DNA of 64,000 bases, from contig CATNEN010000025.1 in assembly GCA_950097015.1 (NCBI GenBank), forward strand, positions 3,224,001-3,288,000. The letters are read 5' to 3'. Position numbers and translations under genes: made by a program. This document shows positions 37,575 to 51,664 of the stretch, one piece after another. How positions within the stretch are numbered: position 1 is the stretch's first letter; each line of letters opens with the position of its first letter. A model generated the notes under the pieces. It was not told the origin of the DNA. It did not search any database and worked only from the letters and a program-made list of their open reading frames with translations. Origin of the DNA: Macrostomum hystrix. Taxonomy: Eukaryota > Animalia > Platyhelminthes.

Positions 37575-39110
37575 AGGGAAAATGCTGGAGCAGAGATGAG
37601 GGTAGGAGAGGATTTGAGAGGGCGAGATGAGGGATAGAGAGGATTTGAGAGGGCGAGATGAGGGATAGAGAGGATTTGAGAGCTTAGATTAGGGATAGAA
37701 GGAATTTGAGAGGGTGAGATTAGGGATAGAGAGGATATGAGAGGTGAGATTAGGGATAGAGAGTATTTGAGAGGGTGAGATTAGGGATAGAGAGGATATG
37801 AGAGGTGAGATTAGGGATAGAGAGGATTTGAGAGTTTAGATTAGGGATAGAGAAGATTTGAGAGTTTAGATTAGGGATAGAGAGGATTTGAGAGGTGGGA
37901 TTAGGGATAGAGAGGATTTGAGAGGTGAGATGAGGGATAGAGAGGATTTGAGAGGGTGAGATTAGGGATAGAGAGGATTTGAGAGGTGAGATTAGGGATA
38001 GAGGGAATTTGAGAGGTGAGATGAGGGATAGAGGTAATTTGAGAGGTGAGATTAGGGATAGAGAGGATTTGAGAGTTTAGATTAGGGATAGAGAGGATTT
38101 GAGAGGTGAGATGAGGGATAGAGAGGATTTGAGAGGTGAGATTAGGGATAGAGGGAATTTGAGAGGTGAGATGAGGGATAGAGGTAATTTGAGAGGTGAG
38201 ATTAGGGATAGAGAGGATTTGAGAGTTTAGATTAGGGATAGAGAGGATTTGAGAGGTGAGATGAGGGATAGAGAGGATTTGAGAGGGTGAGATGAGGGAT
38301 AGAGAGGATTTGAGAGGTGAGATGAGGGATAGAGGGAATTTGAGAGGTGAGATGAGGGATAGAGGTCATTTGAGAGGTGAGATTAGGGATAGAGAGGATT
38401 TGAGAGTTTAGATTAGGGATAGAGGGAATTTGAGAGTTTAGATTAGGGATAGAGAGGATTTGAGAGGTGAGATTAGGGATAGAGAGGATTTGAGAGGTGG
38501 GATTAGGGATAGAGAGGATTTGAGAGGTGAGATGAGGGATAGAGAGGATTTGAGAGGGTGAGATTAGGGATAGAGAGGATTTGAGAGGTGAGATTAGGGA
38601 TAGAGGGAATTTGAGAGGTGAGATAAGGGATAGAGAGGATTTGAGAGGTGAGATGAGGGATAGAGGGAATTTGAGAGGTGAGATGAGGGATAGAGGTAAT
38701 TTGAGAGGTGAGATTAGGGATAGAGAGGATTTGAGAGGTGACATTAGGGATAGAGAGGATTTGAGAGGGTGAGATTAGGGATAGAGAGGATTTGAGAGGT
38801 GAGATTAGGGATAGAGAGGATTTGAGAGGTGAGATTAGGGATAGAGGGAATTTGAGAGGTGAGATGAGGGATAGAGGTAATTTGAGAGGTGAGATTAGGG
38901 ATAGAGAGGATTTGAGAGTTTAGATTAGGGATAGAGAGGATTTGAGAGGTGAGATTAGGGATAGAGAGGATTTGAGAGGGTGAGATGAGGGATAGAGAGG
39001 ATTTGAGAGGGTGAGATCAGGGATAGAGAGGATTTGAGAGGTGAGATTAGGGATAGAGAGGATTTGAGAGGTGAGATTAGGGGTAGAGATGAGCTTAGAT
39101 GTTGGGAGTT
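37575..39110. repeat. About 30-bp purine-rich minisatellite (GAGATTAGGGATAGAGAGGATTTGAGAGGT)
   Basis: Tandem units; most contain one TTAGGG. Confidence 0.95.
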
Positions 39111-39899
39111 AAGTGAGACTGGGTTTGGGTTGAGTAGTTCAGAAGAAAGACTAGGTGAGTTCAAGGCCAGCATTGATGCACACAGAAGAAGCCAAGGCTC
39201 ATATAGTCTTATCTGTTGTGAATTTTTTACTTTTCCAGAGATGAACATTTTGGGAAAATAGACACTCAATGCTTTGTAGCGGTCTCACTTCATGAGTTTG
39301 AATGGGCATGCAATACTGCTAGTTCACTATAGAGCTATTCACACAATGCACGCGATGCAACCTCCTTTTGACAATTCAGTATTTAGAATTTCACTGCGAG
39401 ATGTTAGTCGAGCAAGTAAGCCACCCCACCTTCGGGATGGATTTTTATTTTATGAAAATGAAAAGCCTACACTGAGCGGGAAAAAATTCCTTAGGCCGGA
39501 GAAATGTCGGCTGTAATAAGGGAGGGATGCTCTGCTACTAAGGCAAGTTAATTTTGGGTGCCAATTATCAGTGCATATGTATGCGAGCCGCTTTAGGGCC
39601 ACTCAATTAGGCCTTCCAAGTGCTCTTCCCAATGGCCTCGCTTCTCCTCAGATTTAGCTAGCACACTGGGGGTTCCAACCAACCTTGCTTCTCTTCTTCT
39701 TCTGTCCTAATTACTTCCTTCTCTGTATTCGAAGCTTGCCATGCGACTATAGTCATGTGTGCAAGCTCCTTTTAGGCGTTTATTATGAAATTTCCCTTCC
39801 TTTCTACTTGGCTACTATTAGTAGAGTTGAAGGAAAAATTACTAAAAAGTTAATAAAAATGATAAATTCTATGATTTTCTAGTTCTTTTCCTAAATAGT

Positions 39900-40858
39900 G
39901 TCTAATCTCAGTGTCGAATCTCTGTGTCTAATCTCAATCTCTAATCTCAATATATAATCTCAGAATCTAATCTCAGTATCTAATCTCAGTGTCTAATCTC
40001 AGTGTCTGATCTCAATGTCTAATCTCAGTGTCTAATCTGAATGTCTAATCTCAATGTCTAATCTCAATGTCTAATCTCAGTGTCTAATCTCAGTGTCTAA
40101 TCTCAGTGTCTAATCTGAATGTCTAATCTCAATGTCTAATCTCAATGTCTAATCTCAGTGTCTAATCTAAATGTCTAATCTCAATGTCTAATCTCAGTGT
40201 CTAATCTCAGTGTCTAATCTCAGTGTCTAATCTGAATGTCTAATCTCAATGTCTAATCTCAGTGTCTAATCTCAGTGTCTAATCTCAGTGTCTAATCTGA
40301 ATGTCTAATCTAAATGTCTAATCTCAATGTCTAATCTCAATGTCTAATCTCAGTGTCTAATCTCAGTGTCTAATCTCAGTGTCTAATCTGAATGTCTAAT
40401 CTCAATGTCTAATCTCAATGTCTAATCTCAGTGTCTAATCTAAATGTCTAATCTCAATGTCTGATCTCAGTGTCTAATCTCAGTGTCTAACCTCAGTGTC
40501 TAATCTGAATGTCTAATCTCAATGTCTAATCTCAGTGTCTAATCTCAGTGTCTAATCTCAGTGTCTAATCTGAATGTCTAATCTCAATGTCTAATCTCAG
40601 TGTCTAATCTGAATGTCTAATCTCAATGTCTAATCTCAGTGTCTAATCTCAGTGTCTAATCTCAGTGTCTAATCTAAATGTCTAATCTAAATGTCTAATC
40701 TCAATGTCTAATCTCAATGTCTAATCTCAGTGTCTAATCTGAATGTCTAATCTCAATGTCTAATCTCAGTGTCTAATCTCAGTGTCTGATCTCACTGTCT
40801 AATCTGAATGTCTAATCTCAGTGTCTGATCTCACTGTCTAATCTGAATGTCTAATCTT
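39900..40858. repeat. 13-bp minisatellite (TCTAATCTCA(G/A)TG)
   Basis: Tandem units, period 13. Confidence 0.95.
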
Positions 40859-41519
40859 CACTATATTATCTGAGTATTTAATCTCATTGTTAAACTTATG
40901 TTAAGGATTGTTAATAGACAGAAGGTTGAAGGTAATTGATGAAGAGACTTCTATAACTGGCTGACTGGCAGCCAATGCCTGACCTTGCTGTCGCCCGTGC
41001 GTGTTGTCGGAAATGCTGGTTTGAGTGTTCGCTTGTCTGGTTTAAATAATTTGCCACTCTGAAAATCCGGTCCGTAGGTAATCTCTAGGCTATGGTGTCT
41101 CACGGGATTCAAATGAGCATAGGGTGGGTTTTAGGGGAAAAAATCTGCTCTGGCACACACACTCTCTCTCTCATCTTCATCTTCATCTTCGATTCAATCT
41201 TGAGTTCAACTCATTTCGTCGCAATCAACTTTCTGGTTTTCCGTTCGGCTCTCTCCCTCTCGCTCTTATTCACTCTCCGTCTGTCGCTCTCGCTATGATA
41301 TTAAATTTACTGGCTCGACACTGCTTTCGAGTCTTCAAGACTTGAAGAAATCAGCTGGACATTTTTGGCAATATTTTTGGAGAATGTTGACAATAATGAC
41401 TATGGCGTAAAATTGCCCTTTTTTTCTTTCAAAAGCTTTTCCGAGTTTCGCTGAATAAAAGGGCGGTCGAACTGACGAGTTCTTTTGCCCCAAGAATTAT
41501 TCCATAAATTGAGTGTTCG

Positions 41520-43375
41520 CAGTCGAATAATTAAGTCGTCGAATGATTGAGCAGTCGAATAATTGAGTCGTCGAATAATTGAGCAGTCAACTAATTGAAT
41601 AGTCGAAGAATTGAGCAGTCGAATAATTGAGTCGTCGAATAATTGAGTCGTCGAATAATTGAGCAGTGGAATAATTGAGCAGTCGAATAATTGAGTCGTC
41701 GAATAATTGAGTCGTCGAATAATTGAGCAGTGGAATAATTGAGCAGTCGAATAATTGAGCAGTCGAATAATTGAGCAGTCGAATAATTGAGTCGTCGAAT
41801 AATTGAGTCGTCGAATAATTGAGTCGTCGAATAATTGAGCAGTGGAATAATTGAGCAGTCGAATAATTGAGCAGTCGAATAATTGAGTCGTCGAATAATT
41901 GAGTCGTCGAATAATTGAGCAGTCGAATAATTGAGCAGTCGAATAATTGAGCAGTCGAATAATTGAGCAGTCGAATAATTGAGCAGTCGAATAATTGAGC
42001 AGTCGAATAATTGAATAGTCGAGTGATCTGCGATTCTCCAGATCGCAGTCGACTGCTCCACAGAACAGATTGAGCAGTCGAATAATTCAGTTGAATAATT
42101 GAGTCATCGAATAATTGAGCAGTCGAATAATTGAGCAGTCGAATAATTGAGTCGTCGAATAATTGAGCAGTCGAATAATTGAGTCGTCGAATAATTGAGC
42201 AGTCGAATAATTGAGTCGTCGAATAATTGAGCAGTCGAATAATTGAGTCGTCGAATGATTGAGTCGTCGAATGATTGAGCAGTCGAATAATTGAGTCGTC
42301 GAATAATTGAGCAGTCGAATAATTGAGTCGTCGAATAATTGAGCAGTCAACTAATTGAATAGTCGAAGAATTGAGCAGTCGAATAATTGAGTCGTCGAAT
42401 AATTGAGTCGTCGAATAATTGAGCAGTGGAATAATTGAGCAGTCGAATAATTGAGCAGTCGAATAATTGAGCAGTCGAATAATTGAGTCGTCGAATAATT
42501 GAGCAGTCGAATAATTGAGCAGTCGAATAATTGAGCAGTCGAATAATTGAGCAGTCGAATAATTGAGCAGTCGAATAATTGAGCAGTCGAATAATTGAAT
42601 AGTCGAGTGATCTGCGATTCTCCAGATCGCAGTCGACTGCTCCACAGAACAGATTGAGCAGTCGAATAATTCAGTTGAATAATTGAGTCATCGAATAATT
42701 GAGCAGTCGAATAATTGAGCAGTCAAATAATTGAGTCGTCGAATAATTGAGCAGTCGAATAATTGAGTCGTCGAATAATTGAGCAGTCGAATAATTGAGT
42801 CGTCGAATAATTGAGCAGTCGAATAATTGAGTCGTCGAATGATTGAGTCGTCGAATGATTGAGCAGTCGAATAATTGAGTCGTCGAATAATTGAGCAGTC
42901 GAATAATTGAGTCGTCGAATGATTGAGCAGTCGAATAATTGAGTCGTCGAATAATTGAGCAGTCGAATAATTGAGCAGTCGAATAATTGAGTCGTCGAAT
43001 GATTGAGTCGTCGAATGATTGAGCAGTCGAATAATTGAGTCGTCGAATAATTGAGTCGTCGAATAATTGAGTCGTCGAATAATTGAGCAGTCGAATAATT
43101 GAGTCGTCGAATGATTGAGCAGTCGAATAATTGAGTCGTCGAATAATTGAGCAGTCGAATAATTGAGCAGTCGAATAATTGAGTCGTCGAATGATTGAGC
43201 AGTCGAATAATTGAGTCGTCGAATAATTGAGCAGTCGAATAATTGAGTCGTCGAATGATTGAGCAGTCGAATAATTGAGCAGTCGAATAATTGAGTCGTC
43301 GAATAATTGAGCAGTCGAATAATTGAGTCGTCGAATAATTGAGCAGTCGAATAATTAAGTCGTCGAAAATTTGAG
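41520..43375. repeat. 16-bp satellite (GTCGAATAATTGAG(CA/TC)) with a duplicated internal non-unit block
   Basis: Tandem units; block GTGATCTGCGATTCTCCAGATCGCAGTCGACTGCTCCACAGAAC at about 42020 and 42605. Confidence 0.95.
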
Positions 43376-44171
43376 TCGTGGAATAAAAAATTCTTTGAAA
43401 CTATAATTTTATTTCTCAAAATATTGAATGCATTGGATCGCTCATTAGAGGTTCTAAAGCCATAAAAAATGACCATATTTTTCTGCGTACAACAGGTCGA
43501 GGTTCTGATTATTATAAATTATTCATGAAATTGATTAGCTAGTTTGCTGGTAGCTTACATCGGAATAGCGCCAAAAGTGTGGTAAAAAATGAAAAAGATT
43601 TTCAGTACGTAGATTGCTGTTCTGTATTTCAGAAAAGTGCGATTTTAATTAGCAAATTAAGTGAAAAAATATATACCGAAATACTAATTGTTGTCATTTA
43701 TCTAAGGCTGTTTCTAAAATCTGTCGCAATGGCCAAACGAAAAATCGCTTTTAGAAAATGGTAGCCGCCATATTTAACTATTAGCAGATTGCATGGGTAA
43801 GGACACAGCTGACTATCATGCTAGTCTGGCTTCGGCGTATGGCTGTGCAAACACACTCAAACTCGCACACACACTCACCGAAATGACTGCCTAAATAGAG
43901 AACTCCAAGGCCCAATCAGCATCGAGCCCTGCTGCACTGTTCGCTTCTCAAAGCAGAGAGAAGGCGAGAGAAGAATCTTTAAGTGTCAGAGACAACTTTC
44001 TGGGCTGGGGCCCTGGGTGAAAGGGGGCCAGATCCTGCGAGGACCAGGATCAGACAGCTCTGCCATTTTTGCAGGCTTCTCAAGTCCCGCTCGGAGCGGC
44101 GCAACAACAAGAGCGCCGAGGCCAAGTCCAAGAGCGGCAGCCGCAGCAGCAGCTGGGCCAGCGGCATCGGC

Positions 44172-47100
44172 ATGGGCTGCGGCCCGTCCTCCAGCGAGGA
44201 CAACGCTGACGAGAAGGAGAAGGACAAGGCTAATGCGTTATCCAGGGCTTCCGTCGGTGAGATCAGTATTAAATCAGCCGTGCTCATTCAGAAGTGGTAT
44301 CGGCGCTACAAGGCCCGCCTGGAAGCTAGACGGCGGACGACCTGGATGATCTACCAGAGCATCGAGTACTCCAGCGAGGCCAGTCAGCTGCATCTGTACA
44401 ATTTCTTCAACGACATGCTGAGCCTGACGGGTGGCGGGCAACCGGCCGGAGCCGCCGCCGCGGCTTCGATCACTCCTTTGTCGGCCTGCCGCGGACACCG
44501 CAGATTCACGGAGCGCTTCCGCCAGCTCAGCCAGGAGGAGGAGGAGCGCGAACTGCTGGATCTCACCAGCTTCGCCGAGTTGTCTATTGAGAAGAATTAC
44601 CGCGGCCCGCACCTGGCCTTTCCGTTGAGCGCCAGCCACGTGCAGCTGATGATTGACAGCTTCAGGCAAGGCGGCCAGCTGCATGCCCGCTACCTGCTGC
44701 AGCTGCTGCACGAGACCCGACTGGCTCTGCGGGCCAAGCCGAACATCCACCAGGCCAGCACCAGCATCTCGCGCCAGGTCACGGTGATTGGCGACCTGCA
44801 CGGCAAGCTGGACGACCTGCTGGTGGTGTTCTACAAGAACGGCCTGCCGGATGTCACCAATCCGTACATCTTCAACGGTGACTTCGTAGACCGGGGCGCC
44901 AACTCCGTCGAGGTGGCGGCGCTGCTGTTCGCCTGCCAGCTGGTCTGGCCGACGGCGGTCTGCATCAACCGGGGTAATCACGAGGATCACGTGATGAACT
45001 GCCGATACGGCTTTATCAAGGAGGTGCAGACAAAGTACAGACATGCGGCTAGCAAAATTGTCAAACTGTTCTCCGAGGTGTTCGCCTGGATGCCATTGGC
45101 CACGGTAAGTCGCATTGGGATTCGGTTTCATTCGGGAGTTCGGTGCTTTAGAACTCACTCGAGGGTCGGGAGTTCGATTCTCATTCCAAGAATCCCAAAA
45201 GCTTCAGTTCATCCGACCGTAAAAAAATGAGTACCAAAATTAACTGCGGGTAGAACTTGGGTTGTATCAATTGGTGACACTGGACCCACAGTCAGCGAGG
45301 AGGCAATTCTGCCCATTCCGCTGACTCCTGACTTTCAGGCAGTGTACACTCTCACAGCCTCCAAGCCTTTTCTCCGCGGCTGCGCCCCAAATGAATGTGG
45401 CCTCGCCGCGGAATCGAGCTCAGGGACCTTGGTGCAAGAGGCAAACGCGTTTGACCGCTCTGCCACTGAACCGCCTCCTACTGGCGGCCAACTCAGTCTA
45501 AGAACTGAACAGGTGGATTTGGTTCTCAGATTTTTTATTTAGAATCACAATAATTAGACTGAAACATCCAAGGTGATTGACGAGCGCATCTTTGTGGCTC
45601 ACGGCGGAGTGTCGGACAAGCTGGACCTGGCGCTGCTTCGTCGCCTCGACCGGCACAGATACCTGTCAGCGTTGAGGCCACCAGGCGCTGATGGTGAGAA
45701 GGTTGACTACCTGGAATGGCGCCAGGTGCTGGACCTGCTGTGGAGCGATCCGAAGCCGCAGCCGGGCTGCAAGCCGAACACATTCAGAGGCGGCGGCTGC
45801 TACTTCGGACCCGACATTACGGAGGGTTTCCTGCGGCGCCATCGGCTGACGCTGCTAGTCAGGTCGCACGAGTGCAAGCCAGACGGCTGGGAGTTCTGTC
45901 ACGGCGGCTCTGTTCTCACCGTATTCTCGGCCTCCAATTATTACGAGGAGGGCAGCAACCGGGGCGCCTACGTGAAGTTTGACAGCTCCGGCAAGCCGCA
46001 CATTGTGCAGTACATGGCCAGCAGGTCAAGGAAGCTGCCAGTGGGCAGGCGGTTGTCCACAGTTGAGGAGGGCGCGCTGAAGGGCCTCAGAGCCCGGGTG
46101 CTGGCGACCAAGACTGACCTGATGGCGGCGTTTCAGAGGCTGGATCCAGGCAAGACCGGGGCCATTCGGCTGGCCGACTGGTGCCAGGTGATCATTCAAA
46201 TGATCCCATCCTCAAATGATCCCATCCTTAAATGATCCCATCCTCAAATTATTCTATACTCAAATGATCCCATCCTCAAATTATCCTATACTCAAATTAT
46301 CCCATCCTCAAATTATACTATACTCAAATAATCCCATCCTCAAATTATCCTATACTCAAATTATCCCATCCTCAAATGATCCCATCCTCAAATGATCCCA
46401 TCCTTAAATGATCCCGTCCTCAAATGATCCCATCCTCAAATGATCCCATCCTCAAAAGATTCCATCCTCAGATTATCCCATCCTCAAATTATCCCACCCT
46501 CAACTTATTCCATCCTCAAATGATCCCACCCTCAAATTATTCCATCCTCAAATGATCCCATCCTCAAATGATCCCATCCTCAAATTATTCCATACTCAAA
46601 TGATCCCATCCTCAAATTATCCTATACTCAAATTATCCCATCATCAAATGATCCCATCCTCAAATGATTCCATCCTTAAATTATCCCGTCCTCAAATGAT
46701 CCCATCCTCAAATGATCCCATCCTCAAATGATCTCATCCTCAAATGATCCCATCCTCAAATGATCCCATCCTCAAATGATCCCATCCTCAAATTATTCTA
46801 TACTCAAATGATCCCATCCTCAAATGATGAAATCCTCGAATCGGCATTTTCGAACAAAACGCTAAAAGCATTTCACGCGAGATTAGAAACTGATTTAAGA
46901 TGCACGCCGTTCTTTAGAAAGGAAAGTAGCGTTGTTTTTGTTCACAAGCGATCGGGTAACAAGAATATGTAACAGGTGGATATTTCAGTTTAGCCACATT
47001 ACTATAGAAACAAGCAGTTGTGATTTATTTAGGTAAAATGAGAAGCCATGATAAGACCACGAAATTTTACAATGCGCTCAGAAATCTAGGTCAATTTTTT

Positions 47101-47713
47101 GCAGCGAATCTTTTAGCTAAGATTTATTTGATAAAACTCGCAGTTGCTTTAGCGCTCAAAATCTCGCCCGGAAGAAAAATCGATCGGGTTATAATTTTTG
47201 TTTCCCGAAAAACTTTTGCCAAAAAAACCCGACGATTACTCTCCCGCCAAGGCCATGGACGAGACTCTGCGGCTTGACCTGCCATGGCGAACACTGCGGC
47301 CACACCTGGCTGACGTGGACAAGACCGGCCGCCTACTGTACATGACCTGCTTCGACCGGGTCGCCCTAGACGCCGGCCGACTGGCGGGCACCAAGGAGGT
47401 CGCCGCCTCGCTGACGGAGGCCGTCTACAAGAACAAGGAGGAACTGGAGACAATTTTCCGCATAATGGACAAAGACAGCAGTGGCCAGATCAGCTTGGAC
47501 GAATTTCGTGACTCCTGCCGGGTCCTCAGCGAAGCCACGGGCCGCCAGATGACGGACGACGAGGTAGAGGCTATGGCCAAAGCTATAGACTTGAATAGCG
47601 ACGGTTACATTGACTTCAACGAATTTCTGGAGGCCTTCAGGATTGTCGACAATCAGACAATGAGGCTTTCGGCTGCTGCATCGGCTGCCGCTGGCGGAAT
47701 GGATCAGCTTTGA
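44172..47713 (+). CDS. PPEF: Serine/threonine protein phosphatase with EF-hands (PPEF/rdgC family); exons 44172-45104, 45573-46187, 47252-47713
   Basis: N-terminal MGCGPSS acylation motif, IQ motif (IQKWYRRYKAR), PPP motifs GDLHG, GDFVDRG, GNHE, HGG, RSHE and SASNY, and EF-hands DKDSSGQISLDEF and DLNSDGYIDFNEF. GT-AG phase-0 introns. Confidence 0.96.
45285..45475 (-). mobile_element. tRNA-derived SINE, family A, in PPEF intron 1
   Basis: Minus strand begins TGGCAGAGCGG (A box) with a B-box-like GAGCTCGATTCC. Body is shared with 58030-58330 and 52625-52830. Confidence 0.75.
46190..46830. repeat. 16-bp minisatellite (TGATCCCATCCTCAAA) in PPEF intron 2
   Basis: Tandem units beginning right at the splice donor. 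Confidence 0.95.
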
Positions 47714-47741
47714 AACTCGTGACCCGGAGCTGCCGGATAAT

Positions 47742-48178
47742 TTCAGGATGGGATCATTTCAGGATGGGATAATCTGAGGATGGGATCATTTGAGGATGGG
47801 ATCATTTGAGGACGGGATCATTTAAGGATGGAATCATTTGAGGATGGGATCATTTGAGGATGGGATCATTTGAGGACGGGATCATTTAAGGATGGAATCA
47901 TTTGAGGATGGGATCATTTGAGGACGGGATCATTTGAGGACGGGATCATTTAAGGATGGGATCATTTGAGGATGGGATCATTTGAGGACGGGATCATTTA
48001 AGGATGGGATCATTTGAGGATGAGATCATTTGAGGATGGGATCATTTGAGGATGGGATCATTTGAGGATGGGATCATTTGAGGATGGGATCATTTGGGGA
48101 TGGGATCATTTGAGGATGGGATCATTTGAGGATGGGATCATTTGAGGATGGGATCATTTGAGGATGGGATCATTTGAG
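47742..48178. repeat. Same 16-bp minisatellite in reverse orientation (GGATGGGATCATTTGA) after the PPEF stop codon
   Basis: Unit is the reverse complement of the 46190-46830 unit, including the GGACGGGATC/GATCCCGTCC variant. Confidence 0.95.
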
Positions 48179-48992
48179 AACCAGAACGAGAACAGAAATC
48201 CGATGTCGTCAATCGTGCAAAAAGACGTAATTTTTTTCTGCCGTTGTTAAATTAGCTTTCGTTTTTTCATAATTTCAGCTTTTACCACTCTGAACTTTAA
48301 TTGATTTGAGTTGATAAGAGGTACAAAAATTGAACTAAAAACAATTTTCTTTCCTATAGTTTTAAAAAATGCGAGCTGTCTTTGTAAGTAGAGAAAATAA
48401 TTTGAGTCTTGGTGTCGTTCATGAGGAATCATATTTTCCTGCAACTTTGCGTTTTTCTGCTCGAATCACAATTTCAAAACTGATTAGCAAACTTTAATCA
48501 CAACCGCACGATAATAAACCACAACAATGAGACAAAGCATTCATTATTGCAATAGCTTTGGCACTCTTGAAGCGAAAATACGGGTTATTATTGATAAAAT
48601 CTGGCCGGTTTGGTCTATCAGGAGATAAAATGCCTGACTTGCAAGCAGTCCAAAGCCTCAGAAAAGCATTTTCAAATTAGATTTTTTCGAAGTTCCTTCG
48701 CATCAGAGAGCAGCAACAGAAATTTGTGAGTAGAAGGGAGAGCTAGAGAAGCAAGAAATGCAGGGAATTAAATTTATTTTTGGGAAAATCTTCTTAACTG
48801 GCAGGAAAGGTCATTAATCATCCGACTCCAGAATCTGGTCTCTCAGTTTCTGCTCCAGATCTGGGAAATCCTTGGGTCAAATTCATTTTGTACAAAAACT
48901 TTGCTGGTTTCTGAACTGGGAGAGTTGAAATTTATCAGCTAAGGAACTAACTTTTATCCTAGAGAGCACTAGGATCCTATCCTATCTACCTT

Positions 48993-49438
<446 letters not shown>

Positions 49439-50454
49439 GAGTAACAGTAGATAGCATGCCATGTAGACAACAATTTTCCCCATTGTACTTCTATAAGTTC
49501 TTGTACTAAGAGGATTGCAACTTCTGCGGTTGCAACCAAGAGAACAAACTTTTTGTCTGATTCAAATACTCGTAGCAGGATCTAGAAAAGCGGACAAACA
49601 AGAGCAGAAACTGAGGTTTTCACAGTCGGAGGGCACACGCAACAAAAACTGATGCAGAAGGTGAGCACTGCTCAGTGCCTGCGCGAACTTGTCGAACTTG
49701 TCAAAACTACGAGCTACAGAGGTTTTTAGTTCGCACGAGAAACTTCATCAGGAGGGAAACCTGTTGGTTTAATTCTCTCCCCCGAAGACCCGCGGACGCA
49801 GAGGGATTGTTTTAGCTTCTAAATATAGGACTCGACTGAAGCTGACAACACTTTGATGATGCAGTAGAGGATGCAAGGGGAAGAGGGTGCAGGGCTTGTT
49901 GCATATTCGTCCCAATCTAGCAGGTTCTCCCATTCCCTTAGATGATTGAATCCGCCATGCTTGTATTATTAAATTTGCCCACTTTCTATAAAGGGGACTA
50001 TAATATACTACTAAGCTACTACTGATAATAATTATGCTACTACATCTAGTTTCGAGTTTCCACCCGTTTGAAGTCCCTGAGGATAGCTAGACAAGGATAG
50101 CGGTCGATAATGCTCGATAGACATAGGGAGAAGAAAATATAGCTACCCAATTTATCTCAATAGAGGTACTCAGAGAGGCCTGTTGCGCTGGTACCGGATG
50201 TAGTACAGGAAGCTAAAGTGCCCAGACAACTTTATAAATCATTTCTGCGTCGCTGTCGATCTGGAGTCAAGCTGCTAGTTGCCTGTTGCTATGGAAGCAT
50301 GCACTTCTGACAGTTCACTTTTTCTGTTTTTAGAGGCTCACGCGAGTTGATGGACTAGCACCACTAGTGCGAGTAGTATGAAAAGCACTTGTGGAATGAA
50401 AACACTAATTGCTTAGGTATCCTACACGGGTAAATCACTATTGAAAAAGTCACT

Positions 50455-51028
50455 CTAAATCCGCTGCCTACCCTGAATCCACTGTCTACCTTGTATCCGC
50501 TGTCAACCATGCATCCGCTGTCTACCCGGCATCCGCTGCCTACCCTGCATCCGCTGTCTACCCGGCATCCGCTGCCTACCCTGCATCCGCTGTCTACCCG
50601 GCATCCGCTGTCTACCCGGCATCCGCTGTCTACCCGGCATCCGCTGTCTACCCGGCATCCGCTGTCTACCCGGCATCCGCTGTCTACCCGGCATCCGCCG
50701 CCTACCATTAATCATCTTTCTACTCTACATCCGCTGCCTACCCTGCCTCCGCTGCCTACCCTGTCTCCGCTGCCTACCCTTAATCCTCAGTCTACCCTCC
50801 AACCTCTGTCTACCCAGCATCCGCTGCCTACCCTGAATCCGCTGCCAACCCTGCATCCGCTGTCTACCCGGCATCTTCTGTCTACCGGGAACTTCTGTCT
50901 ACCCGGCATCCGCTGTCTACCCGGCATCCGCTGTCTACCCGGCATCCGCTGTCTACCCGGCATCCGCTGTCTACCCGGCATCCGCTGTCTACCCGGCATC
51001 TTCTGTCTACCCGGCATCTTCTGTCTAC
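50455..51028. repeat. 18-bp minisatellite (CATCCGCTGTCTACCCGG)
   Basis: Tandem units. Confidence 0.93.
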
Positions 51029-51664
51029 TTATCGGCTACCAACACTGCACCAGCCATTCAGTATGATATAGGTTACAACAGAATTTCCTAGTTTGTCAGT
51101 TTATAAGGGCCAGCTAACCTAATTTTTTCCTATTAAATTATTGGTATAAAAAGCATCTGATGTCAGTATTCCTCAGCAAGCGCCTGTAGGCATCCGCTCC
51201 GGTTGTCTTCATGGCAACTCAGCCCCCCCCCGAACCTCCTCAATCACCAATTGCACATGGGGGCTGCTGTGCTTGGCCTATAGCAACCAGAGTAGGGATT
51301 GTCCGCACACATGCACACAATCGCGGCACACCGCTGGTTGCTAATGGCAACGAACCCGCCCTGCCTGACAGATATTGTGCGCAGCCGCTGCAGACGCTGC
51401 CGCTACTATAGGCTCCGGGATTTTCTTCCGGAAGGAAAATGGGGCGCTTGTGGCGCGCAGACGCTGCAGAGAGGCGGTTGGACAATGAGTGGCCGCATTC
51501 AAATGGATGAACTGGATGACGCCCGAGAGAGACGGCACACAGGGTGGAGGAAAAAAGGCAGAAGGCTTTCCAAGAATTGGAATAAAAAGCAGGCGCCAGT
51601 TGAAGAGTAAATAACGCGAGACCGAAGTGTGTCTTTTAATCATTCAGGCTGTCTAAGAAGCAGC

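Noticed and set aside
37575-39110. TTAGGG in most units, suggesting interstitial telomere
   Set aside because: Only one hexamer per 30-bp unit and never tandem. The 9-nt complementarity to the 39900-40858 unit is too short to establish a relationship.
41587-43476. LLNYSTAQLFDCSII ORFs that superficially resemble leucine-rich repeats
   Set aside because: A 48-nt protein period generated by a 16-bp satellite; equivalent ORFs appear in several frames.
43983-44171. N-terminal extension of the PPEF ORF shown in the ORF track
   Set aside because: Starts at a non-ATG codon; the ATG at 44172 gives the family-typical MGC acylation motif.
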